Part shown: positions 38,933-49,433 of the stretch, in pieces
Layout of the letters: every line of letters begins with the position of its first letter
How positions within the stretch are numbered: the first letter of the stretch is position 1
Translations under genes and position numbers: made by a program
The notes under the pieces: generated by a model
What the model saw: only the letters and a program-made list of their open reading frames with translations
Database searches by the model: none
Told to the model about the DNA's origin: nothing
NCBI GenBank assembly: GCA_943349045.1
Contig: CALQZC010000003.1
Span: forward strand, 1-51,278
Reading direction: 5' to 3'
Source of the DNA: Candidatus Peribacteria bacterium
GTDB taxonomy: Bacteria; Patescibacteriota; Gracilibacteria; UBA1369; UBA12463
DNA length: 51,278 nt

Positions 38933-38976
38933 AACACATGAGCGAAAGCGAATGTGCTTGTTCCCGTATTAAAAAT

Positions 38977-39747
38977 TTAAACCACATCTTTCAAAAGTTC
39001 ACGCAAGGCATCCTCCCACGTGACCATTCGCCTGAGCCGCTTTTCAAGTTCGCGCCGAAACAACCGGAATCGCGCAGCAAGCGCGCTATTCACAGGAAAT
39101 GAAAGGGTCTCACGCTGAGTGGAGAGTTGCTCAAGTTTTGAGGGTGCACTTGGTTGACTCATTATATTTTCATCTTCTAGACGAGTAATTTCGCCGGCGA
39201 AATTGTCAGCTTTATTTTCATCATTTTTTTGGAGTAAAGATGATTGAGAAATATTTTTAACAGGCTCGCAACTCACCTCAATCACCCCACTCAGTAAATT
39301 TTTCTGCTCTTCTCTATTCTGCCTACGCAAATCACGAACGTACACAATGAGTGCCGATCTCGACAGATCCCTCAGTAACCCCAGCCACTGTTCCTCATTA
39401 TTCGAGGTGACCAACGACAAAACGGCACGAATCTTTGACCAGCCAATCTCGCCCGAGTACAGGGCACGACGCATCAAGCGTAAATCGACGAGCTGTGCAT
39501 CAAGCCGTAAAACCTCTTCCACAAGAGGATATCCAATCCCACCAACCACCGAAGCAAAGTGGAAAATCGAAGAAAATTTCTTCACATCATACGCGCCTCG
39601 ACGCTCCACGAGAGGCAAGAGCCCAATAAACATCCGCCGAGATGTCACCGCAACACTCGCGAGCTGCCGACACCGCTCGAGGAGTTCGCGATCGCTCAGG
39701 TGTTCTGGATCTGTAGTAAGGAAACCAAGTTCGTTCATGGCGTACAT
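38977..39747 (-). CDS. HNH-less paralog of the 12308 protein
   Basis: LSDRELL..C, RRMFIGLLP.V, FSSIFHFA..GGI, LYSGEIGWSKI align with 12308; ends in an RHH-like segment instead of HNH. Confidence 0.8.
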   Translation of the reverse strand: MYAMNELGFLTTDPEHLSDRELLERCRQLASVAVTSRRMFIGLLPLVERRGAYDVKKFSSIFHFASVVGGIGYPLVEEVLRLDAQLVDLRLMRRALYSGEIGWSKIRAVLSLVTSNNEEQWLGLLRDLSRSALIVYVRDLRRQNREEQKNLLSGVIEVSCEPVKNISQSSLLQKNDENKADNFAGEITRLEDENIMSQPSAPSKLEQLSTQRETLSFPVNSALAARFRLFRRELEKRLRRMVTWEDALRELLKDVV

Positions 39748-39915
39748 ATAAAAACAGATGATGATTGCAAAAGTATCTCATGGATTTTTATGGCTTCCTA
39801 ATAACATTTTCCTAACAAAAAGCTTACACGGCGAAAAGATATACCATGAGACTCAAAAACATTATTATGGAGCTCTGTCCAGGGGTACATTCAGAAACAC
39901 TAATAACCAGTATAT

Positions 39916-40377
39916 TTATATAGCAGACAAAGATGGATGATTGATGAGGAGGACACGATCAATGGTGGCAATAGCTCCATCAGGGCCGTCAAGACTTGGG
40001 AAAATCCTATTATGAAGGAGGGGCCACGATGCAAACGAATGAGAAGAACATGAAATTTTAAATTGGGTTCGCTGTCCATCATACGGACGATGAATGGCGA
40101 TCTGAATACCAGGTTCACGAGTCGTCACAATATCACCATGAGGTTTATGACGATAAGCATCATTAAACTTCAATCGATCAGGTTTATTGGCTCGAGCATG
40201 AGCTACGCCAGTTTTTTCAAGGTCAAGAGCGCGAGTAAGGGCAGCCTTTATCATACGAAGCCCGGCCGCAACACCAGCCGAAGGCTTTTCTAGTTTTTTC
40301 GCCTCCAGTCGAGCCTGTCTACCAGTCAACTCAGCAACTCCCAAACCTACCAATCTATCAAGTTTCTTTCCATCCAT
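39916..40377 (-). CDS. Hypothetical protein
   Basis: 153-aa ORF; no motif recognised. Confidence 0.55.
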   Translation of the reverse strand: MDGKKLDRLVGLGVAELTGRQARLEAKKLEKPSAGVAAGLRMIKAALTRALDLEKTGVAHARANKPDRLKFNDAYRHKPHGDIVTTREPGIQIAIHRPYDGQRTQFKISCSSHSFASWPLLHNRIFPSLDGPDGAIATIDRVLLINHPSLSAI

Positions 40378-40393
40378 AGTGGAATATAAAAGA

Positions 40394-41245
40394 CTAAGAA
40401 CTTTGCAATTTCAATATAAACCTTGCGCCCTTTCCACCAGATCCATTAAGCAAACCTCCATGTGGTTCGCACTCAATTGATCCACCCATCGCAGCCATTC
40501 GTTCGCGTGCATGAGCAAGACCCATGCCAGTCCCTTTCTCGCAACCACTCTTTCCCCACTCAAAAAGCTCGTTAACAATCTCATCACGAATACCAGACCC
40601 ATCATCAGAAACTTCCAAGATAACAACATCTCCTTCTTCTCGAGCACTCAAAATAAACGTATTAGCACAACCATGACGCCTACTATTTTTTGCCATATTG
40701 ATAAGTAAAAGCTCAAGAGAGGCGCTATGCATAAAAACAGTAGCATCTTGAGGATAATCTATAGTTAATCCATTATAATCTCCATCCTCAGACACGAAAC
40801 AATACTCCAGAGAAGGCACAATATGATTCACCAAATCCTTCAAAGAGCCTGGCTGCACATCAAGCACGACATCTTCCATCCAAAACTCCATCGCGTGCAA
40901 AACACAAAGCATACCTTGAAGAGCAGATCGAATACGTTCATACCATTTCGTGACCTGCTCAGGTTCATTATCTTGAATATCAAGATAAATTATATCCAGA
41001 GAACCCATCAGAGTATGGAACTGACCGAGCGCATCATGATCAAAAATTGCCTGAACGGAAAGACACTCTCGTCGAACATGTTTGATAACCGAAGCAATAG
41101 CACCAAATGTTTGACGCCAGACCTCGATATCCTGCACAGTCAACTGCTGAGTATCCGTCTGGATGATTTCTTGCTGAAGCTGTTCAAGGGCAGCCGTTTG
41201 AGCGAGAAGCGGTTCAACATATTCTTTGGGAATATTTGGGATCAT
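40394..41245 (-). CDS. Soluble orphan histidine-kinase-like ATPase (HATPase_c)
   Basis: N box NMAKNS, G1 DDGSGI, F box LFEWG, G2 GTGMGL, GKGARF. Confidence 0.85.
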   Translation of the reverse strand: MIPNIPKEYVEPLLAQTAALEQLQQEIIQTDTQQLTVQDIEVWRQTFGAIASVIKHVRRECLSVQAIFDHDALGQFHTLMGSLDIIYLDIQDNEPEQVTKWYERIRSALQGMLCVLHAMEFWMEDVVLDVQPGSLKDLVNHIVPSLEYCFVSEDGDYNGLTIDYPQDATVFMHSASLELLLINMAKNSRRHGCANTFILSAREEGDVVILEVSDDGSGIRDEIVNELFEWGKSGCEKGTGMGLAHARERMAAMGGSIECEPHGGLLNGSGGKGARFILKLQSS

Positions 41246-41305
41246 GGAACAATGAGAAGAAGATGTGACTATAAGTGATTATGAAGATTTTTACAACAAA
41301 AGATC

Positions 41306-41369
41306 TTGACTCCCCAGTCTCGCTCTGGCAAAGTGTGCTCGCTAATTCATACCATTTTAGTATGAATTA
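41306..41369 (+). promoter_or_regulatory. suf promoter and palindromic candidate Rrf2 operator
   Basis: TTGACT-N17-CAAAGT with TGn; perfect TAATTCATAC-N7-GTATGAATTA at 41343-41369. Confidence 0.75.
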
Positions 41370-41410
41370 AAGAAAACAGCTTCAGAAAGCGACAATTTAC
41401 CTGGAAAAAT

Positions 41411-41854
41411 ATGTTCCATCTCTCTCGAAAAGTCGACTACGGACTCCTGCTGCTCATCGAACTGGCCCAGAGCCAGCAGGCAGGCAACGAGCCAATTTCC
41501 CTCAAGGAGTTCGCAAAAAGCCGATTTATGTCATTTTTCTTCCTCCAGCGGGTAGCCTACGAGCTCCGCAAAAAAGGGCTCATTGAAGCCACGAGAGGAA
41601 AGAGTGGCGGCTACTTTCTCTCCAGAAATCCGAAAGAGATTAGCCTGAAAGAAATTTTTGAACTTCTCGAAGGTTCGGTCGCGATCATGCAAGGACTCGA
41701 AGTGAAAGAAAAACTCCCCTGCCTGAATGAAAAACTTTTCACCGCGCATCACGGACTTTCTCTTCTCAACAACGATCTAAAACAATCCCTCTCGCGAATT
41801 ACGCTCCAAGACTTTATATCTCCTAATACACGCCATGTCACAACTCGTCATTAA
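41411..41854 (+). CDS. Rrf2-family transcriptional regulator
   Basis: LSRKVDYGL, GLIEATRGKSGGYFL, ISLKEI..LEG, ITLQD. Confidence 0.93.
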   Translation: MFHLSRKVDYGLLLLIELAQSQQAGNEPISLKEFAKSRFMSFFFLQRVAYELRKKGLIEATRGKSGGYFLSRNPKEISLKEIFELLEGSVAIMQGLEVKEKLPCLNEKLFTAHHGLSLLNNDLKQSLSRITLQDFISPNTRHVTTRH

Positions 41855-42596
41855 GAATCTTCACGCCTCGGTCGATAATAAAGAAATTCTCAAAGGAATT
41901 TCTCTCACCGTAAACTCCGGCGAAATTCACGCCATTATGGGTCCAAACGGATCAGGAAAATCCACGCTCTGCCATATTCTCATGGGTCACCCAAAGTATA
42001 CCATCACGAGCGGAACCATCGAGCTCGACGGCGTAAGTATTACCGAAATGGCACCCGATCAGCGCGCACAACTTGGCTTGTTCCTGAGCTTTCAGTACCC
42101 ACAGGAAATTCCTGGCGTGAAGTATACGAACTTTTTGCGACAGGCGAAGAATGCGTTATTGGCAGCTGCCGGTCAGCCAGCCGTAAAGATTCCAGACTTT
42201 CTCAAAACACTCAAAGAGAAAATCAAGATGCTGAAATTTCCAGAAGATTTCTTGAATCGCGCGGTGAACGAAGGATTTTCGGGTGGAGAAAAAAAACGTG
42301 CAGAGATTTTACAGATGGCCATATTTGAGCCAAAATTCGCGATTCTCGATGAAACCGACTCAGGTCTCGATGTCGACGCACTCAAGATCGTCGCAAAAGG
42401 CGCAGCATCCATCGCAAAAGAAACCCAGTGTGGCGTGCTTCTCATTACGCACTATCAAAGAATTCTCAACTACATCGAACCATCATTCGTACACATCATG
42501 TCAGAAGGACGCATCGTCAGAAGCGGCTCGATGGATCTCGTGCACGAAGTCGAGGCGAAAGGATATGAACCGTTTCTCGTAACCACCACCGTATAA
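41835..42596 (+). CDS. sufC: Fe-S assembly ATPase SufC
   Basis: [37 protein letters not shown]. Confidence 0.97.
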   Translation: MSQLVIKNLHASVDNKEILKGISLTVNSGEIHAIMGPNGSGKSTLCHILMGHPKYTITSGTIELDGVSITEMAPDQRAQLGLFLSFQYPQEIPGVKYTNFLRQAKNALLAAAGQPAVKIPDFLKTLKEKIKMLKFPEDFLNRAVNEGFSGGEKKRAEILQMAIFEPKFAILDETDSGLDVDALKIVAKGAASIAKETQCGVLLITHYQRILNYIEPSFVHIMSEGRIVRSGSMDLVHEVEAKGYEPFLVTTTV

Positions 42597-44011
42597 TGGC
42601 CACTCAACAACAGCAGGACATCACCAGCGAACTTACGGATTATCGTTATGGATTTCATGACGAAGAAAAATATGAGTTCAAGTCGGGGAAAGGGCTTACC
42701 GAAGAGACGGTACGTATGATCTCAGCATACAAAAAGGAGCCGCAGTGGATGCTCGATTTCCGTTTGAAGGCGTACAAAATTTACCGAGAAAAACCAATGC
42801 CAACCTGGGGAAGTCCATTCCTCCAGGATATCGATTTCGAAAATATTCACTACTACATCAAACCAACGGATCGTAAGTCACGCAACTGGGAAGACGTTCC
42901 GGCAGAGATCAAGTCGACGTTTGATAAACTCGGAATTCCCGAGGCCGAGCGAAAATTTCTCGCAGGTGTTGGCGCACAGTACGAATCAGAAACCGTCTAT
43001 CACTCACTTCAAGCGCATCTCGAAGAAAAAGGAGTGATCTTTGTCGATACCGATACTGCCGTACAAAAATATCCAGAACTTGTTCAGAAGTATTTTGCCA
43101 CGATCGTTCCACCGCGAGATAACAAACTCGCCGCGCTGAATTCCGCAGTATGGAGCGGTGGATCGTTCGTCTACATTCCAAAAGGCGTACATGTTGAACT
43201 GCCGTTGCAGGCCTACTTCCGTATCAACGCCGAGAACGCCGGACAGTTCGAGCGAACACTGATTATCGCGGAAGAAGGCTCATCAGTCCACTACACGGAG
43301 GGCTGCACCGCGCCAATTTATGCAACAGATTCTCTCCACTCAGCGGTCGTTGAAATCATCGTTCACAAAGATGCACGTGTCCAATACACCACCGTTCAAA
43401 ACTGGTCACGCAACGTCTTCAACCTCGTCACCAAGCGAGCCGTCGCTCACGAAAATGCCACGATGATGTGGCTCGACTGTAACATCGGATCGAAACTTAC
43501 GATGAAGTACCCAAGTATTTATCTCATGGGTAAAGGTGCACGCGGAGAAATTATGTCACTTGCCATGGCGAATAAGGATCAACATCAGGACGCCGGTGGA
43601 AAAATTTTCCATATGGCACCCGATACGTCATCAGTCATCAACGCAAAATCAGTGTCGCTGCGAGGTGGACGATCTTCATATCGAGGTATGTTGCAGGTCG
43701 CTCCAGGCGCAGAAAGAAGCCGTTCTCGAGTAACCTGTGACGCATTACTCCTCGACACGCAGTCCGCTACCGACACCTACCCAACCATGCAGATCGACGA
43801 AAATAATGTCGCCATCGCGCACGAGGCAACCGTCACAAAAATTTCCGAAGAGCAGCTATTCTATCTCATGTCACGAGGCCTCTCCGAACAGGAAGCAAGC
43901 AATATGATCGTCAACGGATTCCTCGCACCACTGATCAAAGAGTTCCCAATGGAATACGCACTGGAATTAAATCGATTGATCGCATTGGAAATGGAAGGCT
44001 CTGTAGGGTAA
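42596..44011 (+). CDS. sufB: Fe-S assembly protein SufB
   Basis: [45 protein letters not shown]. Confidence 0.98.
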   Translation: MATQQQQDITSELTDYRYGFHDEEKYEFKSGKGLTEETVRMISAYKKEPQWMLDFRLKAYKIYREKPMPTWGSPFLQDIDFENIHYYIKPTDRKSRNWEDVPAEIKSTFDKLGIPEAERKFLAGVGAQYESETVYHSLQAHLEEKGVIFVDTDTAVQKYPELVQKYFATIVPPRDNKLAALNSAVWSGGSFVYIPKGVHVELPLQAYFRINAENAGQFERTLIIAEEGSSVHYTEGCTAPIYATDSLHSAVVEIIVHKDARVQYTTVQNWSRNVFNLVTKRAVAHENATMMWLDCNIGSKLTMKYPSIYLMGKGARGEIMSLAMANKDQHQDAGGKIFHMAPDTSSVINAKSVSLRGGRSSYRGMLQVAPGAERSRSRVTCDALLLDTQSATDTYPTMQIDENNVAIAHEATVTKISEEQLFYLMSRGLSEQEASNMIVNGFLAPLIKEFPMEYALELNRLIALEMEGSVG

Positions 44012-44026
44012 TTTTTCACCACCACT

Positions 44027-44668
44027 ATGACTCACACCACAATCACCATCCCCGCAAACACCAAGCAGCTTATCCTCCAGGACAAGCCAGAATCTCGAAA
44101 CATTATTCTCGAGGAAAATGCGGAGGTCCAGTACATTGTTTCATTCAAAAATGAAAAGCCAGAGGACAAAAGCATCATTACCTTTGAACTCAATGGCGAC
44201 CGCTCTCACGCTGAAATTTTCGGACTCTTCGCAGGAAAAAATAACGACCGGATGAGTTTCGAAACTCGAACCGTTCACAAAGGAAATAACACCTATGGCC
44301 ACGCAACCGTCAAAACACTTCTGAAAGACGAGGCGCAGTCAGACTACTTCGGACTCATCCGAATTGAAAAAGATACCACTCAGAGCGATGGGCATCTTTC
44401 GCACGACACGATGCTCCTCTCAAAGAAAGCAAAATCGAGATCAGTTCCTTCACTCGAGATCGAGGCAAACGATGTAAAAGCCGGACACAGCGCTTCAGTT
44501 GGCCAAGTTGACGAGGAAGCCATTTTTTATCTCCGCTCACGAGGACTCACCGAAGAGCAGGCACGCGAGCTGATGATCGACGGATTTTTTGAATCACTCC
44601 TCCTGCAAATTCCAGACGAATCCATGGCGTCACAACTTCGAGAATCACTCCAGCAATCACTTTCATAA
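44027..44668 (+). CDS. sufD: SufD-like protein (short form)
   Basis: PSLEIEANDVKAGHSASVGQVDEEAIFYLRSRG; 213 aa. Confidence 0.88.
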   Translation: MTHTTITIPANTKQLILQDKPESRNIILEENAEVQYIVSFKNEKPEDKSIITFELNGDRSHAEIFGLFAGKNNDRMSFETRTVHKGNNTYGHATVKTLLKDEAQSDYFGLIRIEKDTTQSDGHLSHDTMLLSKKAKSRSVPSLEIEANDVKAGHSASVGQVDEEAIFYLRSRGLTEEQARELMIDGFFESLLLQIPDESMASQLRESLQQSLS

Positions 44669-44687
44669 TTTCTTTACTCGTTCACTC

Positions 44688-45026
44688 ATGTTCACTCCTA
44701 CATTTCCCATCGAAGATCTCCCGTCTGGTAACAAAAAATGCACCACGATCAACGGGATCGAGCTCATGATCGTCAACGTCAATGGGAACGTCTACGCAAC
44801 ACAAAAAAGCTGCAGCCATGCACAGACCGATCTCAGCGAGGGAAATCTGGAAGGATGTATTATCGAGTGTCCGCTTCACGGAGCCATGTTTGACGTCACC
44901 GACGGACGAGTTCTCAGTCTTCCAGCCATCACTCCGCTCAAAACCTATCCAGCAAAAATTGAAAACGGCGTAATAATGGTCGATGTACCAGAACCAGAAT
45001 CTGCAACAGAACCAACCAATGCTTAA
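44688..45026 (+). CDS. Rieske [2Fe-2S] ferredoxin
   Basis: CSH and CPLHGAMFD; start ATG 44688. Confidence 0.92.
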   Translation: MFTPTFPIEDLPSGNKKCTTINGIELMIVNVNGNVYATQKSCSHAQTDLSEGNLEGCIIECPLHGAMFDVTDGRVLSLPAITPLKTYPAKIENGVIMVDVPEPESATEPTNA

Positions 45027-46263
45027 CTCACAGCAACTCAAAAAAGACTTCCCCATTCTCTCCCGCGTTATCAACGGAAAAAAACTGACATACCTGGATA
45101 ACGCATCCACCAGCCAGAAACCACAATCCGTCATCAGCGCCATCACCGACTATTACACGAACCACAACGCGAATATTCACCGTGCTGTCTACACCATTGC
45201 ACAAGAAGCAACGCTCGCCTATGAGAGCACTCGCGAAGCGGTAAAAGATTTTATCAACGCGCGCTCGGCAGAAGAAATTATTTTCACCCGCAACACGACG
45301 GAGTCGATCAATCTCGTTGCCTACGCCTACGCCGCAACAACACTTAAGCCAGGCGACAGCGTGATGGTTTCAGCACTCGAGCATCACAGCAACCTCGTTC
45401 CGTGGCAGGAGGTATGCCGAAAAACCGGTGCAACATTAAAAGTCATTCCCCTTTCAGGCGATCCGGAACTTCGGTACACCCTCGACTTCGAGTGGTTCCA
45501 AAAAAACATCGACGCCTCAGTAAAAATTCTCGCGATCACTCAGGCAAGTAATACAACGGGAACCATCGTACCAGTAGAAAAATTCATAGAAGTCGCGCGC
45601 GCGCATGGCGCAAAAGTGCTCATCGACGGCGCACAATCAGTCCCCCACATGCCAGTTGATGTTCAGCAACTTGACTGCGACTTTCTCGCATTTTCAAGCC
45701 ATAAAATGCTTGGACCAACAGGCGTAGGAGCTCTCTATGCGAAGAAAGAGCTTCTCGAGACGATGCCTCCGTTTCTCTTCGGTGGCGATATGATTCGCGA
45801 GGTTCATCAGCAAGAAGCGACCTGGAATGATCTCCCTTGGAAGTTTGAAGCAGGCACTCCAAACATCGCGGATGTGATCGCATTTCAAGAAGCGATCAAA
45901 TATCTACGAGCGATCGGAATGCAGGAAATTGCCGAACATGATCAAGAACTCGCACACTACGCAAAACAGCAACTCGAAGCCATTCCGCAGATCATCATTC
46001 ACGCGCCAAAAAACGCAAAACAGATGACTGGCATTATTTCATTTGAAATTCCAGGCGTTCATCCACACGACATTGCTGAGATTTTCAACAGCGACAATAT
46101 CGCGATTCGCGGTGGTCATCACTGCGCACAGCCGCTTATGGAAACGCTGAATATTCCCGCAACCGCACGCATGAGTTTCTACATCTACAATACCCAGGAG
46201 GACATCGACACGGCCATCGAGGCAATCAAAAAAGTCATAAAAATTTTTTCACCAAAGAAATAA
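45019..46263 (+). CDS. sufS: Cysteine desulfurase SufS
   Basis: YLDNASTSQKP, EHHSN, DGAQ, SSHKMLGPTG, FEAGTP, RGGHHCAQP. Confidence 0.97.
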   Translation: MLNSQQLKKDFPILSRVINGKKLTYLDNASTSQKPQSVISAITDYYTNHNANIHRAVYTIAQEATLAYESTREAVKDFINARSAEEIIFTRNTTESINLVAYAYAATTLKPGDSVMVSALEHHSNLVPWQEVCRKTGATLKVIPLSGDPELRYTLDFEWFQKNIDASVKILAITQASNTTGTIVPVEKFIEVARAHGAKVLIDGAQSVPHMPVDVQQLDCDFLAFSSHKMLGPTGVGALYAKKELLETMPPFLFGGDMIREVHQQEATWNDLPWKFEAGTPNIADVIAFQEAIKYLRAIGMQEIAEHDQELAHYAKQQLEAIPQIIIHAPKNAKQMTGIISFEIPGVHPHDIAEIFNSDNIAIRGGHHCAQPLMETLNIPATARMSFYIYNTQEDIDTAIEAIKKVIKIFSPKK

Positions 46264-46280
46264 TCTCACGACACTCAACC

Positions 46281-46655
46281 ATGGACATGTACGCAGAAAA
46301 CATCCTCGATCACTTCCAAAACCCACGGCATAAGGGAACGCTCAGTGCCGCGACTATTTCTGTTGAAGAAGTCAATCCTCTGTGTGGCGACAAGCTCTCG
46401 CTCGATCTCATCATAGAAAACGGTAGCATTAAAGACATGGCATTTTCCGGCTCCGGCTGCGCGATTTCGCAAGCATCTATGTCTATGGTTGCCGAAGAGC
46501 TTAATGGAAAATCTCTTGAAGAAGCTGAAAAGCTCAGTAAAGATACCATCTACGAACTCCTTGGTGTTCCGATTAGCCCCGCGCGCGTAAAGTGTGCCAT
46601 CCTCTCATATGCCCTCCTAAAAAAATCGCTCATACTTCTCAAACACCAATCATAA
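46281..46655 (+). CDS. sufU: SufU/IscU-family protein
   Basis: NPLCGD, GCAISQAS, RVKCA. Confidence 0.93.
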   Translation: MDMYAENILDHFQNPRHKGTLSAATISVEEVNPLCGDKLSLDLIIENGSIKDMAFSGSGCAISQASMSMVAEELNGKSLEEAEKLSKDTIYELLGVPISPARVKCAILSYALLKKSLILLKHQS

Positions 46656-46656
46656 T

Positions 46657-47043
46657 ATGGCCACTAAAAAAACTTCACCAAAAAAAGTTACCGCTACACC
46701 ACCAGCCTACAAAACCGTTGACGAACAGTGCGCCGCCAACCCAGTCATTAAAAAAATCTACGAGGCTATCAACGAAATTATCGACCCAGAAATCGGCATC
46801 GGAATCGTCGATCTCGGCCTCATCTACGACGTCAAACTCAGCAAGCGTCACGCCGCCATCACCATGACGCTCACCTCAATGGGCTGCCCCGTCGGCCCCA
46901 TGATCGTCGAACAAATCGAGACCCTCGTCCCTCAAATGGTCTCCACCGACATCGACCACGCCGACACCCACATCGTCTGGGAACCCGCCTGGAACCCCGA
47001 AAAAATGAAACCAGAAATGAGAGATATGGTGTTTAATTTTTAG
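46657..47043 (+). CDS. sufT: DUF59/SufT Fe-S maturation protein
   Basis: DPEIGIGIVDLGLIY, MTLTSMGCP, VWEPAW. Confidence 0.9.
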   Translation: MATKKTSPKKVTATPPAYKTVDEQCAANPVIKKIYEAINEIIDPEIGIGIVDLGLIYDVKLSKRHAAITMTLTSMGCPVGPMIVEQIETLVPQMVSTDIDHADTHIVWEPAWNPEKMKPEMRDMVFNF

Positions 47044-47963
47044 ATTCGAGAAACAATCAAAGGAACTATCTCTTTACGGAGCAAAACTCCTGATTTTTCT
47101 GCTACATTTTCATTAAATGTAACATCAAATACACGAGAAATAAGTGACTGCGTATGAGTATCATGAGACACAAATAAATTAAAATTTTTCTCCAGATCGA
47201 CAGATGTCAAAAAAACAAAATAGAGACCATGCTGCTGCTGGAAATCTCGAAGTACGCATAATACCGTATCTAAACACTGCTTCATTAAGGCCTTCAAACG
47301 AACAACCTCAAGTTGAGTTATGCCAAATTTTTTTGAGCCAAAGGTAAACTCTTTATAATCCGCAAGTAAAACTTTCCGAATATCCTTTTTAGCAGCTTCG
47401 GTCTTAGCAGTAAACATATCATAAATAAATCCATCTGGAATTTGAACCTGTTTTTCAAGCCAATCGGCTGCCTTCTTATCCCTTTCACTCGTTATGGAAG
47501 CCTTAAAATTCAGAGTATTAGAGTAAATAGCACCGTAGAGAAGAATTGCAGACCAAGAATCAATAGCAACACAAGCATCCTGATATTTTTCCACAATTTG
47601 TGTGGCAGCAGAGCCAACTTTCTCAATTTGTATTACCGCATGAGGAAAAAGTTCATTCGCCCTATGCAACTCACGATGATCAATCACTTCAGCAACATCT
47701 TCGGATCTAATAATACTAGGCATACCAAAAACATCGCTCGCATCTACAAGAACAAAAGAATCAAAATCCCCAGAAGGACTAAAAGAAATATCATAAATAT
47801 GAAAACGATCAATAAGGTACTGCGCTTCAGGATGAGGTTGACCAAAAATACCCTCAGTTGCATCCTTACCCTGTTTCGTGAGCAATCGGCTATAGGCATA
47901 TGCACAAGCTAATCCGTCGAGATCGGGATTTATTTTAGGGATAATAAGTATTTTATTGGGCAT
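47040..47963 (-). CDS. ppaC: Mn-dependent (DHH family) inorganic pyrophosphatase
   Basis: NPDLDG, LVD, IDHR, VGSAAT, DYKEF, LRKEIVP. Confidence 0.88.
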   Translation of the reverse strand: MPNKILIIPKINPDLDGLACAYAYSRLLTKQGKDATEGIFGQPHPEAQYLIDRFHIYDISFSPSGDFDSFVLVDASDVFGMPSIIRSEDVAEVIDHRELHRANELFPHAVIQIEKVGSAATQIVEKYQDACVAIDSWSAILLYGAIYSNTLNFKASITSERDKKAADWLEKQVQIPDGFIYDMFTAKTEAAKKDIRKVLLADYKEFTFGSKKFGITQLEVVRLKALMKQCLDTVLCVLRDFQQQHGLYFVFLTSVDLEKNFNLFVSHDTHTQSLISRVFDVTFNENVAEKSGVLLRKEIVPLIVSRI

Positions 47964-48010
47964 ATATGACCAAGTATAAACTGAGAAAGTATCAAAGTCA
48001 TCCTAAGATA

Positions 48011-49288
48011 TCATTTGTCTGCATTTTTCGACAAAATATACCGCAATAAAACAGCAGCCGTACGGTCCTCCTGAACAGCGCCATTAAGGCAAAGAGCTTT
48101 GACTGCTTCATCCGTAAACCATTCTGGATGAGTATGCTCTCCTTCTTCAGTTTGAACACTTATTGGCCGTGAATCAATATCAGCCTGTATAGCATGAGCT
48201 AAATAATAATGAAGATCCCAGATAACCGTTGCACCGCATATAGAAAGGTGTAAAGGATGGAAAGCTTCAGGCGGAAGATTCAAAAGAGTTTCTTCTACTA
48301 ATTCTTTTCTTGCAGCCTCAGCTGCTTTTACATTTATGTCAAAATCCGGTCGATCTTTCATGGCAAGATACTCACCAAGAGAATCAAACACCTTACCGCC
48401 AGGAAGTCTATAATCCCAACTTGCCGTCTCTGATCGCCATTCTTTTGTAAGTAAAATTTTCTTACCATCCGTAACAAGAGTACGAACACCAGGAGATCGC
48501 TCTGCAAATTCAAACGTACTTTCTTTTCCATTAGAAAATCTAACCCGCTGCGTAGCAACTCGAATCAATCTACCACGATATTGCTCTCGAGAAGGCTCCA
48601 AAATTTCAACAGAAGCTCTTCGAGTTTGAGCAATCAGTTCTATAAGCCGAATAACTTCAGTGGGAACATTTGGCTCTAATTCGCCATGATTATTAACGAC
48701 AACATGAATATAGGGCAACATATTATCTGAAGAATCTTGAAGTCGATAAGCCACCTCATCAGGATGATCTGTAAATAAATCTGGAGATCTGTATTGCAAG
48801 CGAGCTGCCCTCACATCATCAGGCGCATAGATCCCAAGCATTAATGTGTTTTGCAATGCTCTTCGTGGCTCTATACTATCGAGATTATCATAAAGGGCAT
48901 TGTTACCGGAATAAACAGCAAGCCTATTAGAAGGAGTACAATGAAATCCATATCTTTCTTCGCGATCACCTTCCATTTTCCGAACCCAATGTAACGCTAT
49001 TTCTCCACTATCAACTTTTGCTTGAAACTCAGCCTACTCAAGGTGTGTATTTTCAATAGTATTATCCTGTTTACGCTTTGGTCTCGTAATGTATCGCATA
49101 GGAACATGTACAAGACCCTTAAGAGCGACAGCCTGTCGAATAGCATCAGCAATGGTACTTTTACCAGAACAAGTAGAACCAACAACAGCTACGCTATCAA
49201 TCCTACCTAAATCACTGAGACGTTGTTCATCCTGAACACGAATGGATTGGGTAGCGGCAATAAAATTTCTAAGTGAATTCACTGACAT
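48011..49288 (-). pseudogene. PhnN/guanylate-kinase-like kinase fused to a Nudix hydrolase, interrupted by one in-frame TAG (49034-49036)
   Basis: GSTCSGKST, RYITRPKR, ENTHLE*AEFQ..ALHW..RYG, VNNHG, then Nudix PGG..AARKELVEET; the two track ORFs are in one frame. Confidence 0.75.
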
Positions 49289-49433
49289 AATAAAGAAATG
49301 TATTAATCTTTCGAAATTTAATCTCTAGAGTGGCTAAATCTAGACAAAATCAGCTCAAAGGTCAACAGGAAAAAATATATTAGCTTCACGTAAGACAAAT
49401 AGTCTAAAATAGACAAAATTACAGATCACAATC

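Noticed and set aside
49034-49036. Genome-wide stop-codon reassignment
   Set aside because: TAG ends several conserved genes (galE, jag, pta), and conserved genes lack in-frame TGA.
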